Source: Felis catus (lineage: Eukaryota). Taken from it: a DNA stretch of 64,000 nt. The DNA lies in assembly GCF_018350175.1 (NCBI RefSeq), contig NC_058368.1, positions 92,940,001 to 93,004,000 of the forward strand, given 5' to 3'. Positions 13,902 to 26,590 of this stretch are shown one piece after another (within the stretch, counting starts at the first letter, position 1; each line of letters opens with the position of its first letter). Both the position numbers and the translations under genes were made by a program. Below the pieces are notes generated by a model. That model saw only the letters and a list, made by a program, of their open reading frames with translations. It was not told the DNA's origin and ran no database searches.

Positions 13902-14313
13902 TCTTTCTTCTGCCTCTCTCTTTTCCTTCCTCCCTTCCTTCCTTCCTCCCTTCCTCCCTTCCTCCCTTTCCTTCATTCCTTCTTCTCTCCCTTCCTTCCT
14001 TCCTTCCTCCCTCCCTCCCTCCCTCCCTCCCTTCCTCCCTCCTTCTCTCCCTCCTTCTCTTCCTTCCTCCCTCCTCCCTCCCTCCCTTCTTTCCTTCCCT
14101 TCTTCTTCTCTTCCTTCCTTCCTTCCTTCATTCCTTCCTCCCTGCCTCCCTCCCCCCTCCCTCCCTCCCTCCCTTCCTTCCTTCCTCCCTCCCTCCCTCC
14201 ATCCCTCCTTCCCCCCTTCCTCCCTCCCTCCCTTCCTTCCTTCCTTCCTTCCTTCCTTCCTTCCTTCCTTCCTTCCTTCCTTCCTTCCTTCCTTCCTTCC
14301 TTCCCTCCTTCCC
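13902..14313. repeat. ~400-bp polypyrimidine (CCTT/CCCT)n tract
   Basis: Almost purine-free + strand, with pure (CCTT)n at the 3' end. Confidence 0.97.
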
Positions 14314-14897
14314 TGATGCTCTTTCACTTCTATTACCTGTCAAATATTCTGTATCATGGCGAGCATTGAAATGCTAGCTTTTTCATGAGGTTCACTAGAG
14401 TAGACACCCTCTCCACAGGGTCCCCCACATTGTACAACATATCCCTGATGGGGTGAGATAGTCTCTAGTTGGACATTTTAGGATCCTTCCCCAGCTCCTG
14501 CCCCAGTTAGTGTGTCTCTGTGTTCCCCACATCTGTGCAGAGAGGTCCTTTCAAAAGGCTTTGAGCCCAGTTGCCTTCTTGAGCATTGAGTTGATTTATG
14601 GGAAACTCTGCTTTTCTAAACTCTAGAAGTACAATTTGCCCCAATTGTTGTCCTCTCTCCTCATTTTATATTGAGGGTAGTTCCAAACATGTTCCCACCT
14701 TCGTCTTCTACAGAAGAGGAGTCTTGTGTTCATATATGCTTTTAAACTCCAAGACCCCTAAGCTCTGCCAAGAACTATGCTATGCTCTTTCTTCTCTGGT
14801 AGCAGCATGGGGCAGGCCTACCTGTTTCTACAGCTCATGAATTATGGGGCAGGGTGCTGATGATGAGCTAGAAGTCTCCTCTTCTGGAAGACAACCC

Positions 14898-14933
14898 TGT
14901 TTTGTTTGTTTGTTTGTTTGTTTGTTTGTTTTT
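14898..14933. repeat. (TTTG)n microsatellite
   Basis: Direct reading. Confidence 0.93.
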
Positions 14934-15530
14934 TAACCAGTAGCTTTCTTGGCCTTCCTCATTTGATCTGGTGGCAGAGAATTGGAAACCCAGGGAAGAA
15001 AGGTAAATGCCACAATGTTCTTGTCAACTATGAAAGATCCTTCAGGAAGTTTCCTCTCTGTCATGGATCTCTTGCCTTCTCTTGCATCAGCTTGTAGGTG
15101 TGAGGGGCACTGGACATTTTACAGGGGTTTGTAGACCTGTATCTAATTTTTTTTTTCAGAATATGGTAGAAATGATTTTCCAGTTTCCTCAGTTAGAAGT
15201 TTTAAATGAAATTCTAAGAGAACTCAAAATCCCATTCTGTATCCTATTGCAATAAAACTTACAATTAAGGTGCAAATAACATGAAAACTTAATAGTTAGA
15301 ATTTCCCATTTCTTGGCTGTATTTCAAAATGAATTTGTAGAACCCACTGTAGTAAGAGTTGTTTAACCAAAAAATGGCAAAATGTTCATGTGTGAAGGGA
15401 CCTTAAGATTTTTCTGGTCCAGTCCTTTCACTCCTCAGTCCACATAACTGAAATCCAGAGGTGTTCAGTAGCTTAATTGGAGACAGATAATGTGTTAATA
15501 GGTTAATAATTTTTTTAAGTCTTAGAAGAG

Positions 15531-15746
15531 TTTTTTTTAATTTTCACATTTATTTTTTGAGAGACAGAGAGAGACAGAGCATGAGTAGGGGATGAGCAGA
15601 GAGAGGGGGAGACACAGAATCTGAAGAAGGATCCAGGCTCTGAGCTGTCAGTGCAGAGCCCGACATGGGATCGAACTCATGAACCATGAGATCATGACCT
15701 GAGCCCAACTCCAGATGCTTAAGTGACTGAGCCACTGAGGTGCCCC
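15531..15746 (-). mobile_element. Can-SINE
   Basis: TSD tcttagaagagttttt. Confidence 0.93.
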
Positions 15747-15993
15747 AAATCTTAGAAGAGTTTTTAATGATCTTTCAACTAAAACCTGATATTTTTTTCT
15801 TAATGTAATCTCTAAATTCTACTTGGAATCTGAATTTTCAGAACTTGATGGAGACTTAACTCCCATGTAGACATAATCCATTTATTTTAAAAGTAAAAAT
15901 GCTAATTACAGCTCAAGGGTTATGAACCAAGCATTTTGATTCTCTTTGCTTTCTTCATTGAACTTGGGGATTTATTGCATGTGTGTGTTTGTG

Positions 15994-16010
15994 CACACAC
16001 ACACACATAG

Positions 16011-16039
<29 letters not shown>
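15994..16039. repeat. (CA)n microsatellite
   Basis: Direct reading. Confidence 0.95.
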
Positions 16040-16041
<2 letters not shown>

Positions 16042-16359
16042 TTTGGTTACAGAGCAGGAAAGGAACAGAATATTTTTATAGATGTTGGAGGCCTCACTTA
16101 AGCATGTAAGAGAGTTTGCGAGATTTGTTTTAAGAGAACCTTTGTGATGTCTTGCAAGCCTTCCTTTGTTATGTCTTTGATATATTAACTATACTTGACA
16201 TTTTGATGGCAGTGTGTTTGGACACAACAAAATTACTATGCTTTTTTTAAAAGTGAGCCTCTGCTCAGTCTGGACAATGAGGAGCCCAGCTTACATTAGG
16301 GTTACCTAATTATACAGCTACAGTCAACAGTATATCATCTCATTAGGAATCTGCAAAGC

Positions 16360-16770
16360 ATCATGGTCAAGAGCATAGACTCTGGAGTCACACTTTCTGG
16401 GTTTGTTTGTTTGTTTTTAATGTTTATTCATTTTTGAGAGAGAGAGAGAAAAAAATGCAAGCAGGAGAGGGACAGAGAGAAAGGGAGACACAGAATCAGA
16501 AGCAGGCTCCAGGCTCTGAGCTGTCAGTACAGAGTCTGACGCAGGGCTTAAACTCACAAACCGTGAGATCATGACCTGAGCCAAAGTCCGACGCTTAACC
16601 GACTGAGCCAACCAGGCACCCCCACTTTCTGAGTTTAAACCTGGATTTGTTACTAACCAGTTGCAAAACTTTGACAGAGTTACCTGAAGTCTATGTGGCA
16701 GAGTTTTTCATACCTTTAAATTAAAAATAATAGAAGTAGTCATCTCATTTTGCTGCCATCATAAGTTACA
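16360..16770 (+). mobile_element. MIR interrupted by a Can-SINE
   Basis: ggtcaagagcatagactctggagtcaca...ctgagtttaaacctgg...actaaccagttgcaaaactttgacagagttacc. Confidence 0.6.
16401..16623 (-). mobile_element. Can-SINE
   Basis: TSD cactttctg. Confidence 0.93.
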
Positions 16771-17289
16771 AATAGTGCATCTGCATTGAGTTGGTATTTA
16801 AAGGTCAAGTGCTTTAAGGTTAAATCCTTAATAACAGTAACCGAAGTTAACTTGTAAACAAAATATTTTTCTTTACTTACAGCATAAATTGGATTAATTT
16901 AGTAAACAATTTCACATTCACTGTATGCTGTCTTCTTCTCGTCTGGATAGCAGGACAGAAAACACGTTGAACATAGGAAATACATATCACAATGTAAACA
17001 TATCAAAAGATGTAATTATGTCATCATTGAGATCTGAAAGCACAGTGGACTCTATAAAGCCCTATAAAATCTAAAGTATTGACATCATTGTCCTATGCCT
17101 AATCTTGCTAGAATCCATATTAACACGTTAAAAAGTAGACACGGAGTAGAAATGAAAACACAGTGCGTGAAAATGATCATTAATTTGACCATCTTTTTGT
17201 CATCTCCACTAAAAAATAACTTTTGTTATGACCCATTCTTCACACGCTGTGTACCAAATCCTATAAAATTCAAAGTAAGTGATAATGCA

Positions 17290-17796
17290 GTAGGCATTAA
17301 TGTACCCCAAAATAATGTCCCCCAGTTGTCCATGCCCTAATCCTTGGAACATGGGACTATGTTACATGCTGTGGAAAAAGGGTCTTTGCAGATCTGAGTA
17401 AGGTCAAGAACCTTGAGATGTAGAGGTTTTCTGGGATTGCCCAGGTGGACCTAACCTCATCAACTAAGTACTTAACAAAGTGAAGAGCCTTGTCAGAGTC
17501 AGGTTCAAAGCAGACGTTACCATGTAAGAAAGGTCAGAAATATGTAGTGCCGATGAATGAAGAAAACTGGAGGAAGAGGGCCAGAGTCAAGGAATATTGG
17601 TGGCCCCTAGGAGCTGGAAAAGGCAAGGAAATTGCTTTTCTCCTGAAGCTTCTAGAAAGGAACATAGCCTTAGTTTTTAGCCTGTTTAAATCCATGTTGG
17701 ACTTCTCACCTATGGAACAAAACTATAAGATAATAGCTTTGTTTTAAACTGTTAAATCGGTCTCCATATGTTATAGCTGCAATAAGAGCTAATACA
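17290..17796 (+). mobile_element. MaLR LTR (MLT1D/E-like)
   Basis: ctttgcagat...aaccttgagatg...ccaggtggacctaa...agctggaaaaggcaaggaa...cttctagaaaggaac...ctaataca end. Confidence 0.85.
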
Positions 17797-18130
17797 GATT
17801 TTGGTACCAGGACATAGGATGCAGCTGTGGGACATGTGAAATGTGGAGGTGGCTTTGGAATTGGGCAGTGGGCAGAAGCTGGAAGAATTTGGAGAAGCAT
17901 GATAAAAAAAATACGAGATTGTCTGGAACAGGCTGTTTGTAGGAAAATGGGTATTGATGACTCACCTAGTGGAGGCTCTGAAATAAGTCAGAAACACGGT
18001 AGAAAAACCATGAATTGTCTTAAAGAATACCTAAATCTTTGTGAAGACTGTTCTATAGAAATTTAGGTGTCAGAGGCATCACAGGTGAGAGCTTAGAAGG
18101 AAATGAGAGCTGTGACTGGAAACTGAAGAA
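17797..18130 (+). mobile_element. MaLR internal sequence (MLT1-int) directly following the LTR
   Basis: gattttggtacc...atgtggaggtggctttggaattgggcagtgggcagaagctggaagaattt is the typical MaLR-int start. Confidence 0.75.
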
Positions 18131-18132
18131 CA

Positions 18133-18203
18133 GGGGCACCTGGGTGGCTCAATCGGTTGAGCATCCAGCTCTTGGATTCACCTCAGGTCATGATCTCACA
18201 GTC
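18133..18203 (+). mobile_element. 3'-truncated Can-SINE head
   Basis: ggggcacctgggtggctcaatcggttgagc...tcatgatctcacag, then the similarity ends abruptly. Confidence 0.8.
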
Positions 18204-18774
18204 ATTAGAGCATGGACTTTATTCTGTACCAATGGGAGCTTCTCAACAGGGCATTTCATGGCCAGTTCCACCTGTGGCCATGTTAAAGGGTGGGTGCGTC
18301 TAGAAAACTGTGCTTCTCCACAATTTCTTTAAAAGCCAAGCCTTGCCACAATGTGGTTAGAATTCCCTTTCTGCCCTCTAGTCACTGTTCAGTTTACTCC
18401 CTATGTCTGGTTGCTTTCACAGCCTTGTGGCCATGCTAGGCATCCCAAGAAAGGATTTTATGAAGGAGGTCCTATTTTAAAATTCTGGGTTTTCAATCTA
18501 TTGTATATTCCAAGTTATGGGTCCTGTTCTTGCATTTCTGTTTGGCAAGTTGCCCCATGGCTATAGCAGCCATTTCTTTCTGGGACATACCAGATTCTGT
18601 TTTGTTAGCAGCAATGGACTCTGACTTGGAAGATGAGAAAAGATGCTGTTTATAAACTAAAGAACATTCTGCAGAAGGGAAGGGTTCTCCCTCCTCCACC
18701 TAGTGTCTCCTACTGACTATTGTTCAAGAAGCAGCCAGATTAAAGGGACCAAGAGCAAATCACAGCGCCCATGT

Positions 18775-18776
<2 letters not shown>

Positions 18777-18811
<35 letters not shown>
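18777..18811. repeat. (AC)n microsatellite
   Basis: Direct reading. Confidence 0.95.
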
Positions 18812-18813
<2 letters not shown>

Positions 18814-19473
18814 AGATGGAGTGGGATCGAAGCAGGAAAGAATTGAAAACAATGTGTTTCCTGTCAATAACAAGTCACATATTCCTGGAGCCCAAATGAA
18901 AATAAATACTGGTTCTGATACTATGCAAAGTAGATATGCAATGCCAGCACTCTGCCCTCTAAGACAAATTGTGAATTATCAATTGAAACAAAGTCTTAGT
19001 GGGTATTGAAGTGTCATTGGTTAAGTTTCTCATCTGCCTCCCTTGAAATAGATATTTGCAAGGTGGTCTTATTTCAGACTGGTATATTTGGGAGCAGAAT
19101 CCCACAGCACCCAGAACCAAGCTGTCCTTCTGGAATGTCCTTCGCTACACAGTGGGATTCCAGTAAACATTTTGGTGCAGTGCTTTTTGATCTGTTAACA
19201 CAGTTGCCATAATTATATCACTTCAAAGCACAGACTGAAATCACAAGGCTTTCCTGAAAAAAGCAATTAATTCTCTCTGAGTTGATTTCAACTACATTGT
19301 AAGAGCTGAAGCAGAACTTGCGAAAATAAATAAGTGAACAAAATAGTGGAGGGTAGAGAAGCTTAGAATTATGTAAATGACTGAAAACTGTATCAAACTA
19401 AATTTGTGGAATCAAAGGGGCAATCTTCTGATAGTGGCAGTGGGTTGGCCATCATTATCATTGAAAACATCTT

Positions 19474-19655
19474 GGGCGCCTGGGTGGCTCAGTCGGTTGA
19501 GCGCCTGACTCTTAATTTCAGCTCACGGTTCATGAGTTGGAGCCTCGCATCAGGCTCTGTGCTGACAGTGTGGAGCCTGCTTGGGATTCTTTCTCTCCCT
19601 CTCTCTCTGTTCCTCTCCTGCTTGTGCTCACGCTCTCTCAAAATAATCAAGTAAA
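19474..19655 (+). mobile_element. Can-SINE
   Basis: Head, (CT)n, tail. Confidence 0.9.
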
Positions 19656-19892
19656 CTTTAGAAAGTGTCTCAATCCGTGCTCTTTCTGTGCTATGCCTTC
19701 TTTTGGACCAAAGATGAGGCAGAACTTGGCAGTCACAAAGTCATGTTTATTATTCAGTCCCAAAAGAAGAGTTCAGTTTGTCTAATTTTATAAATCAAAG
19801 AGGTATATGAAAATACAATAAGTGGTAAGTTGTTGGTACCCTTCTAATTTTAATTTCCTTCTAAAACTACTACTACCTCAATCAGCCAATCC

Positions 19893-19931
19893 TTTTTTTT
19901 TTTTAATTTTTAATGTTTATTTATTCTTGAC

Positions 19932-19970
<39 letters not shown>

Positions 19971-20144
19971 CACAGCCGGCATGAGTAGGGAAGGGGCAGA
20001 GAGAGAGAGACACAGAATCCAAAGCAGGCTCCAGGCTCTGAGCTGTCAGCCCAGTGCCCTATGCGAGGCTCGAACTCACCAACTCTGGGATCATGACCTC
20101 AGCTGAAGTCAGATGCTTAACCGACTGAGCCACCCAGGCACCCC
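19893..20144 (-). mobile_element. Can-SINE
   Basis: TSD aatcagccartccttt. Confidence 0.93.
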
Positions 20145-23100
20145 TGAATCAGCCAGTCCTTTAAAATGACATCTGATTTTACTTCTACCAGAAAACCTAT
20201 GGATATCACTAACTAAAGAGGCAAACAAATAGCCTTTTATGTCGATGTGGGTCTGAAGACTCTGGGCGCATACATGAGTGTCATGTACTTCGAGGCTTAT
20301 CCTGGTTGCTGGTAGAGCACTTAGATCATTTTATTCTATGTCACCATCAATGTAATATCAGTCAACTTGTGAATAGCTTCTGTTTTTCTTTGTCTTGGTT
20401 TGTTTTGGGGGCGTCTCTAACCACAGTCTCAATCATGTGGTATGCTCTTATTATAGTGTATAACTGCAGGATGTGCCAGCTCTGGTTGAATCATTCATAA
20501 GACCCTATCCTGGGTCATGCTAGGTGGATCCCTTAACAGACCTGTTATCACTTGGCATATTCCAGAGTCTGACACTAATTCTCCAGCAGCCACAATACCA
20601 TGGGTTAAGAAATAGACTTGACTGAGGATAAGAGAACCTGACGGAGCCATGAAGTAGCAAGAGAAAAAGAACCTTCGCCCTTTCCCTACCCTCCAACCCC
20701 TGCCAGTTCTCTGCCATCTTCCCATCTTCCCAGGATGCTTTGCTGAGATCGTTCATGTTCCTGGCCTTCCCAGTGTTTATTCTCTCATTTTGGTGCATGT
20801 GAATGTGACTTTGGCAGTGGGTGATGCCAAGTGGTCTGTGTGAATGACAGTGGTTTACAGGTGTGGTCTAGGGAGCCAGCTGCCTGGTGCCTGCAGAAGG
20901 GAAGGGTTCTCCCTTTCCAAGGAAGGCCCAAAGGGGGGCCCAAAGGAAGCTCTATTCCCCCTTTTCAGTAAAGAAGTCACAGTTCCTCTAAGAAATGGAA
21001 CTTTGGAAGAGCACTTCCTATAGGGAGGACCCTCCTACCCCCAACTCATCCTAGGTAGGTCACCATAAGCAAGGTCACATGGGGACCAGGGCTCCCTTTT
21101 AGACCCTTCTGATCATTGCTTCTCTCACTGCCAGCCTTGGATGGCAAATACCACAAGACATTCATCATTAGTTTCTTTAGGTGGCCGAAAAGGTAACTTT
21201 CTGCCTCATACCATCCTTGATTATATTCCCTTAGCCCTACCCCGAATTCATGCCTGTCCTCCTCATTCCTTACTTAGAACCTTCTGGTAGCCTCACAACC
21301 AATCTTTGTGCCTGTGTTTCCTTTCCTGTATTACCAGCTAAATGTTCTTTCTGTAGCCTACACTTCTCTTAGGATCCTCCTCTCTGGATGCTAATAGTAT
21401 CCAGCCCCGAATGTCTTAGGCACACCATAGCCATCTCCTAATGCAGAATGCCCAGCCCCCTGCCCAGTCTAGCTCCCCAAGGACTCTTGAATCTTCTGAA
21501 GGTCTCTTCCCTTGGCACCTGCCTGCTGCCACTTCTCTGCTGGGCATGGTGGTGCCCTGATGCTGCTCTGTCCTCTTTTCTCCTCCCCCTCTGCTGGGCA
21601 TAGTCTCTCTCTGCATGCAGCACCCCTGAGCCCCCTTGTGAGCACCACCATCTGCAGTGGTTTGTAACAGAAAAGGGAAGACTGGCTCTGTCTCCCGTAG
21701 ACCTTGTTCTCTCACAGGGAGCCCAATGTGTTACCAAGTATGTCGGAACAGCCCATTCAGTTACTATGTACAGCTCATTCTCCTATTTGGAACTTGACCT
21801 TTATCTAGCTGCCTGTGATAGAAGGGAGTTCTAGTATGAGCTACGGTGCTGAGGCTGAGTTTCAGATTCTTCCATTTTCTCACCTAAGGAGCGGCCATGT
21901 GTCAGTCTTACTGTGCCCAGAGAAGGCACTTCATGGGATGAGCTCTGTCCCAACGTGCTCTTTACTAACCCTGCACCCCACTCCCCATCGTAAACATGCA
22001 CACATGCATACACGCTTCTAATGGAAACACTCCACACACTTTCCTTGTATGTCCCCAGACTAGTTTTGAACTCCCAGCAATGCCCAGGCTTAACTTAGGT
22101 ATTTACTACATTTCAGAAAGTTGGCTTGCACGACCTTCACTCTTCAAAGACTCTCAATTATATACAACATGACAGAGTTCTCAGAGTGGCCCCAGTGATC
22201 CTGTGCAAAGCTCTTTCTCTCTCTCTCTCTCTCTTTTTTTTTGCCTCATTTCCTCCCACCCTGAAGCACCTGCCCTCTAGATAACAATCTCATGGGTAAC
22301 TTTCTCCACAGAATATGATTCTTAACAACGCCCAGCCTCTACAAAGTCAGTCCCCTTTCTTGGAGCAGACTGTCCTCAATCTGTCTGTTTGACAAATGCT
22401 CACTCAGTCATAGAGGTGCAGTTCAAAACTCACTTCTCCGTGAAGTGTTCTTTGATGACTGTGGTTGCTTTTTCCGGTGCCTCTTGTGGGCGCTCGCCCA
22501 CACTGGAGGACTTGCTATTTGTGCTGTTCATTACCTGTGAGCGGGATCATTCTCCCACACCGGACCGTCCCTCCATGCCTGATGGGATGATCTTGACTTA
22601 CCGAATTTTATATCTCAGTGGAGGGCAGAGAAAAGTAGCAGGTACCCAGTGTTTATTAAATGAGGGCGGAGCGTGAAAGAACAACATGATACCCACATCT
22701 GCATTTACAAAGCAGACCCACCTTATCCTTGTGAATTAACTTTCCATGGAGTATTCTCCTTCTCTAGTGGATTGTTGGCTCTCTTTCTATTACTGCTTAA
22801 AGAGCTGCAAAGTCAACAGGTGGGAGGAGCTTGGGAGGAAGACAATGGAAGTGAAAAACGAACAAAGGAGCATTAGGGAGGGGAAAAAAGATCTAGAAGA
22901 GCTCACAGTTTGGAGACACAGAAAGAGAGAATAGTGAATGGGCTGGAAATGGAAAATGGGGCGGAGGGGCACAGGATGATTGTTGGGTGATGGAAGCTGA
23001 ACTGGTCTACAAAATTCTGTTCTGCCCTCTCAGCCCGAGCCAGGTAGTATGACATGGGGAGAGGCTCTCTAGCAGTGAATCAGCCACTTGAAGGCCACGA

Positions 23101-23839
23101 AGACTTTTTCGTATTTTATTAATATTAACAAGACATTAGGAAACAAAGAAGCCTCATTAATTTGAATCCCACTAATGTAGAATTTGTGGCATTTTAAGGG
23201 GCTGTGATAAAATGTAGCTTTATGCTCTATACAGAATTGACTATGCAAATTTATGGTATAAATAATTAATCTACTTAAGAAAATCAACTGCTCTTGAGTA
23301 CCCTCAAGGACTTTAGAGGCACTGATTACATAAAAACAATGATTAATTCTCTTCTTCAACAGTGAGCAAGTATGTTCTCTATAAACATCTATCAGACTAC
23401 AGTTGGTTCATGTATTTTAAATGATAAATGTGTCTGTAACAGGACTGCATTCCTTGAAAGGTATTCAAAATTTTCTATAAACGTAGAATGGTCTTCTACT
23501 CAGAGAACACGTATTGGTGGGTTTGGCTCATTCACTGTTGAACCCCTGTTGGATTCAAGGTCTTGTTCTGTCAGCTGGGGCGGTAAGAGAACCAAATTCA
23601 GATCTATATACAGGTTGCTGAGAATATAGTTGGGAGTTTTAATGTATGCAAAAATATCTACATGACAAAAGCTGAAAACCTAAAAAGTTCCACCAGGGAG
23701 AGGTATGTATGAGCTCTTTGGGAGTTTACAGGGGGCAAAGATTTCTTTTTTATTTCATTTCATTTCATTTGCTTATTCTTGTAACTCTAGGGTTTTGAAT
23801 TTCAGGGACCATGCTGATTGAAAGTATAGGCTATTCTGG

Positions 23840-23967
23840 GGGGCACCTGGATGGCTCAGTCCGTTGTGCCTCTGACTCTTGATTTAGGCTCGGGTTATCC
23901 CAGGGTCATGGGATCAAGCCCCACATTGGGCTCTGTGCTGAGTGTGAAGCCTGCTTAGGATTCTCTG

Positions 23968-24008
<41 letters not shown>

Positions 24009-24124
24009 TCCCTCTCCCTCTCCCTCTCCCTCTCCCTCTCCCTCTCCCTGTCTCTCTCCCCCTGCCTCCCTCTGCCCTTCTCCTCCACTTGTGCATGCAC
24101 TTTCTCTCTCTAAAATAAAAAAAA
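23840..24124 (+). mobile_element. Can-SINE with expanded (CT)n/(CCTCTC)n
   Basis: TSD aaagyatargctattctgg. Confidence 0.92.
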
Positions 24125-24312
24125 GCATAAGCTATTCTGGATCCTCAAGAAGCTATTCTGGATCCTGGAGCAGGGTTGAGTAGAAGATACAGAATATGTG
24201 ACAGAGATATACTAATTATACTTAGTGCAGAAGAGGATGATCTGTCTTAACTAGGTGTCCCCATCTCCTCAGCAGCGAGATAGATAGATAGGAGTTTAAT
24301 TGACAGAGGAGA

Positions 24313-24437
24313 GGGGCACCTGGGGGCTCAGTCAGTTGAGTGTCCGACTTCAGCTCAGGTCATGATCCCTCAGCTGGTGAGTTCAAGCCCCACATCGGGC
24401 CCTGTGCTGACAACTCAGAGTGTTGAGCCTGCTTTGG

Positions 24438-24471
<34 letters not shown>

Positions 24472-24526
24472 CACCCCTGCTCTGTCTCTGTCTCTGTCTT
24501 TCAAACTAAATAAACATTAAAAAAAA
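24313..24526 (+). mobile_element. Can-SINE
   Basis: Head and tail. Confidence 0.92.
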
Positions 24527-25087
24527 GGAGAAAAAAAGCCTCCTCTACTCTCCCCAGCCCCTGCAAGGACCAAGAGCCAAGTGAAAGGAAATACCATAGA
24601 AGATTTCAGAAAAAAATAGTCCTTGGTAAGGCTAAATGGTAGGGAAACGAGTAGAACTGTGCGTGATTCGACAAAACTGGAGAGAGATCCTGACATGGCT
24701 TAATTGTCGTGATAAAGAGTGTGCCCTTGGTTTTGGCTTGTCACTCCACCAGATCCGAGGAGGATAAGATCTGAGGTGGACCTAGGCTTCTGCCCAGCTG
24801 CCCCATAGTAACAGAACTGTCTGTACCCAGCAAGCCGTGAGCACATTTATTACCACACTTGCTGAAGTAACCACCCACACACCTGCCGTTGGCTTTAGGG
24901 GTAGGGGCATTTGTTGAAAGCCACAGAGGGGAACCTCTTAGCTTCTCACCTGCTTTCACAGATTGAAGTAAACATTCACAGAATCCCAAGAACCATTGTT
25001 TTCTGTGTGTCCCTCAGCTTGTCCAGATATTCCTCCTTTTGGCCTGCTTTCACGGGTGTATAAATGTGGACTGGGAGGGGAGCACTC

Positions 25088-25316
25088 TTTTTTTTTAATT
25101 TTTAAAAAATTTTTATTTTTCAGAGAGAGCGAGAGAGGGAGAGAGAGAGCACGAGCTGGGGAGAGGCAGAGAGAGAGTGAGACACAGAATCTGAAGCAGA
25201 CTCCAGGCTCTGAGCTGTCAGCACAGAGCTTGAGGCGGGGCTCAAACTTGTGAATCACGAGATCATGACCTGAGCCAAAGTCGGATGCTTAACTGACTGA
25301 GCCACCCAGGCACCCC
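25088..25316 (-). mobile_element. Can-SINE inserted in a MIR-like region
   Basis: TSD gaggggagca. Confidence 0.92.
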
Positions 25317-25596
25317 ATGAGAGGGGAGCATTCTTAATGTCAGAGTCACTTAATGCCTCTGGTGGGGGGGGGGGTGGGGAATCCATTTCTCCTTGCCCAC
25401 ATTTATATGCCCCCTGACCTCACCTAATGATAGTACCCGCCTTGTTAACCTTAGTGGGTGCTCTTACCCGTAAACACTCATGTTTATTTGGCAACGCATG
25501 GCAATCGTGCCCTGTCAGAAAGAAGAAACGCTTCTTTCCATGCATGAGGATACAGAGAGAAACCCTGATAAAGAAGGGGAACAACCATCTATTTTA

Positions 25597-25847
25597 TTTT
25601 TTTTATTTTTTTTTTTTAATTTTTTTTTTTTAAATTTTTTTCAACGTTTTTTATTTATTTTTGGGACAGAGAGAGACAGAGCATGAACGGGGGAGGGGCA
25701 GAGAGAGAGGGAGACACAGAATCGGAAACAGGCTCCAGGCTCCGAGCCATCAGCCCCGAGCCTGACGCGGGGCTCGAACTCACAGACCGCGAGATCATGA
25801 CCTGGCTGAAGTCGGACGCTTAACTGACTGCGCCACCCAGGCGCCCC
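25597..25847 (-). mobile_element. Young SINEC_Fc-type element
   Basis: CpG-rich near-consensus copy, long T tail, perfect 16-bp TSD acaaccatctatttta (25581-25596 / 25848-25863). Confidence 0.95.
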
Positions 25848-26590
25848 ACAACCATCTATTTTAAATAGAGTGAGGAGAAAGAAGGGGGGATGGGATGTGA
25901 GGAAAAAGCATGGTGGGGACACTTAGCAAACCATTCACCAAATGCAAATTGGAAGATGGATGGAACAAGTGACAAAGCTAAAAGGGGTGAAAAAATGGAT
26001 GCGTGGAACACCGCAGAAGTTTCTTTACCCTTCTACCTGCTTACGCCCTATGTTCTGCATTTTATTCCTGCCTGCTTTCTCTCATTATTTATACTGAGGG
26101 TTGTCAACCAATCTTTCTTTTTCAGAATGTCTCTTCTCGAAGCTGACAACACAGAGGTTCTTTGCTCTCTTGGGCAGTCCATTCTGTTTGAGCAAAGTCT
26201 ATTGGATTTGGGCTGGGTGTCATGGGGGCTGAGTGTCATAGGTGCTGGCTTCCTACATTTTCCAGGCAAGTGACTTGGTAAACAGAGCCATCAACTGTAT
26301 TTCTGTAGATGACATTTATTATTTTTGTTGGGAGGTTTCAGTAACAGAAAACCTTTTGGAGAGATTGTCAGCTGCCTTTGAAACACCTCCATTTTATAGA
26401 TGTGCTATAGTTTTGTGGATTTATTGTGCCTAGGAATTGTGGAGCCATACAGCCATGTATTAGATGTATTTATTGTTACAGTCCTTTAGTGCCCACCAGG
26501 TGCTGGGTAATGTGGGTATGTATAAAGGCAAGTCCTTCCTTTATACACTGTCCTGAAGCTTGGAGTCTAGAGCATTTTTTGTGCCATTTT

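Noticed and set aside
13845..14369. 160/165/140-aa ORFs (EGRK / PSFL repeats)
   Set aside because: Translations of the (CCTT)n microsatellite
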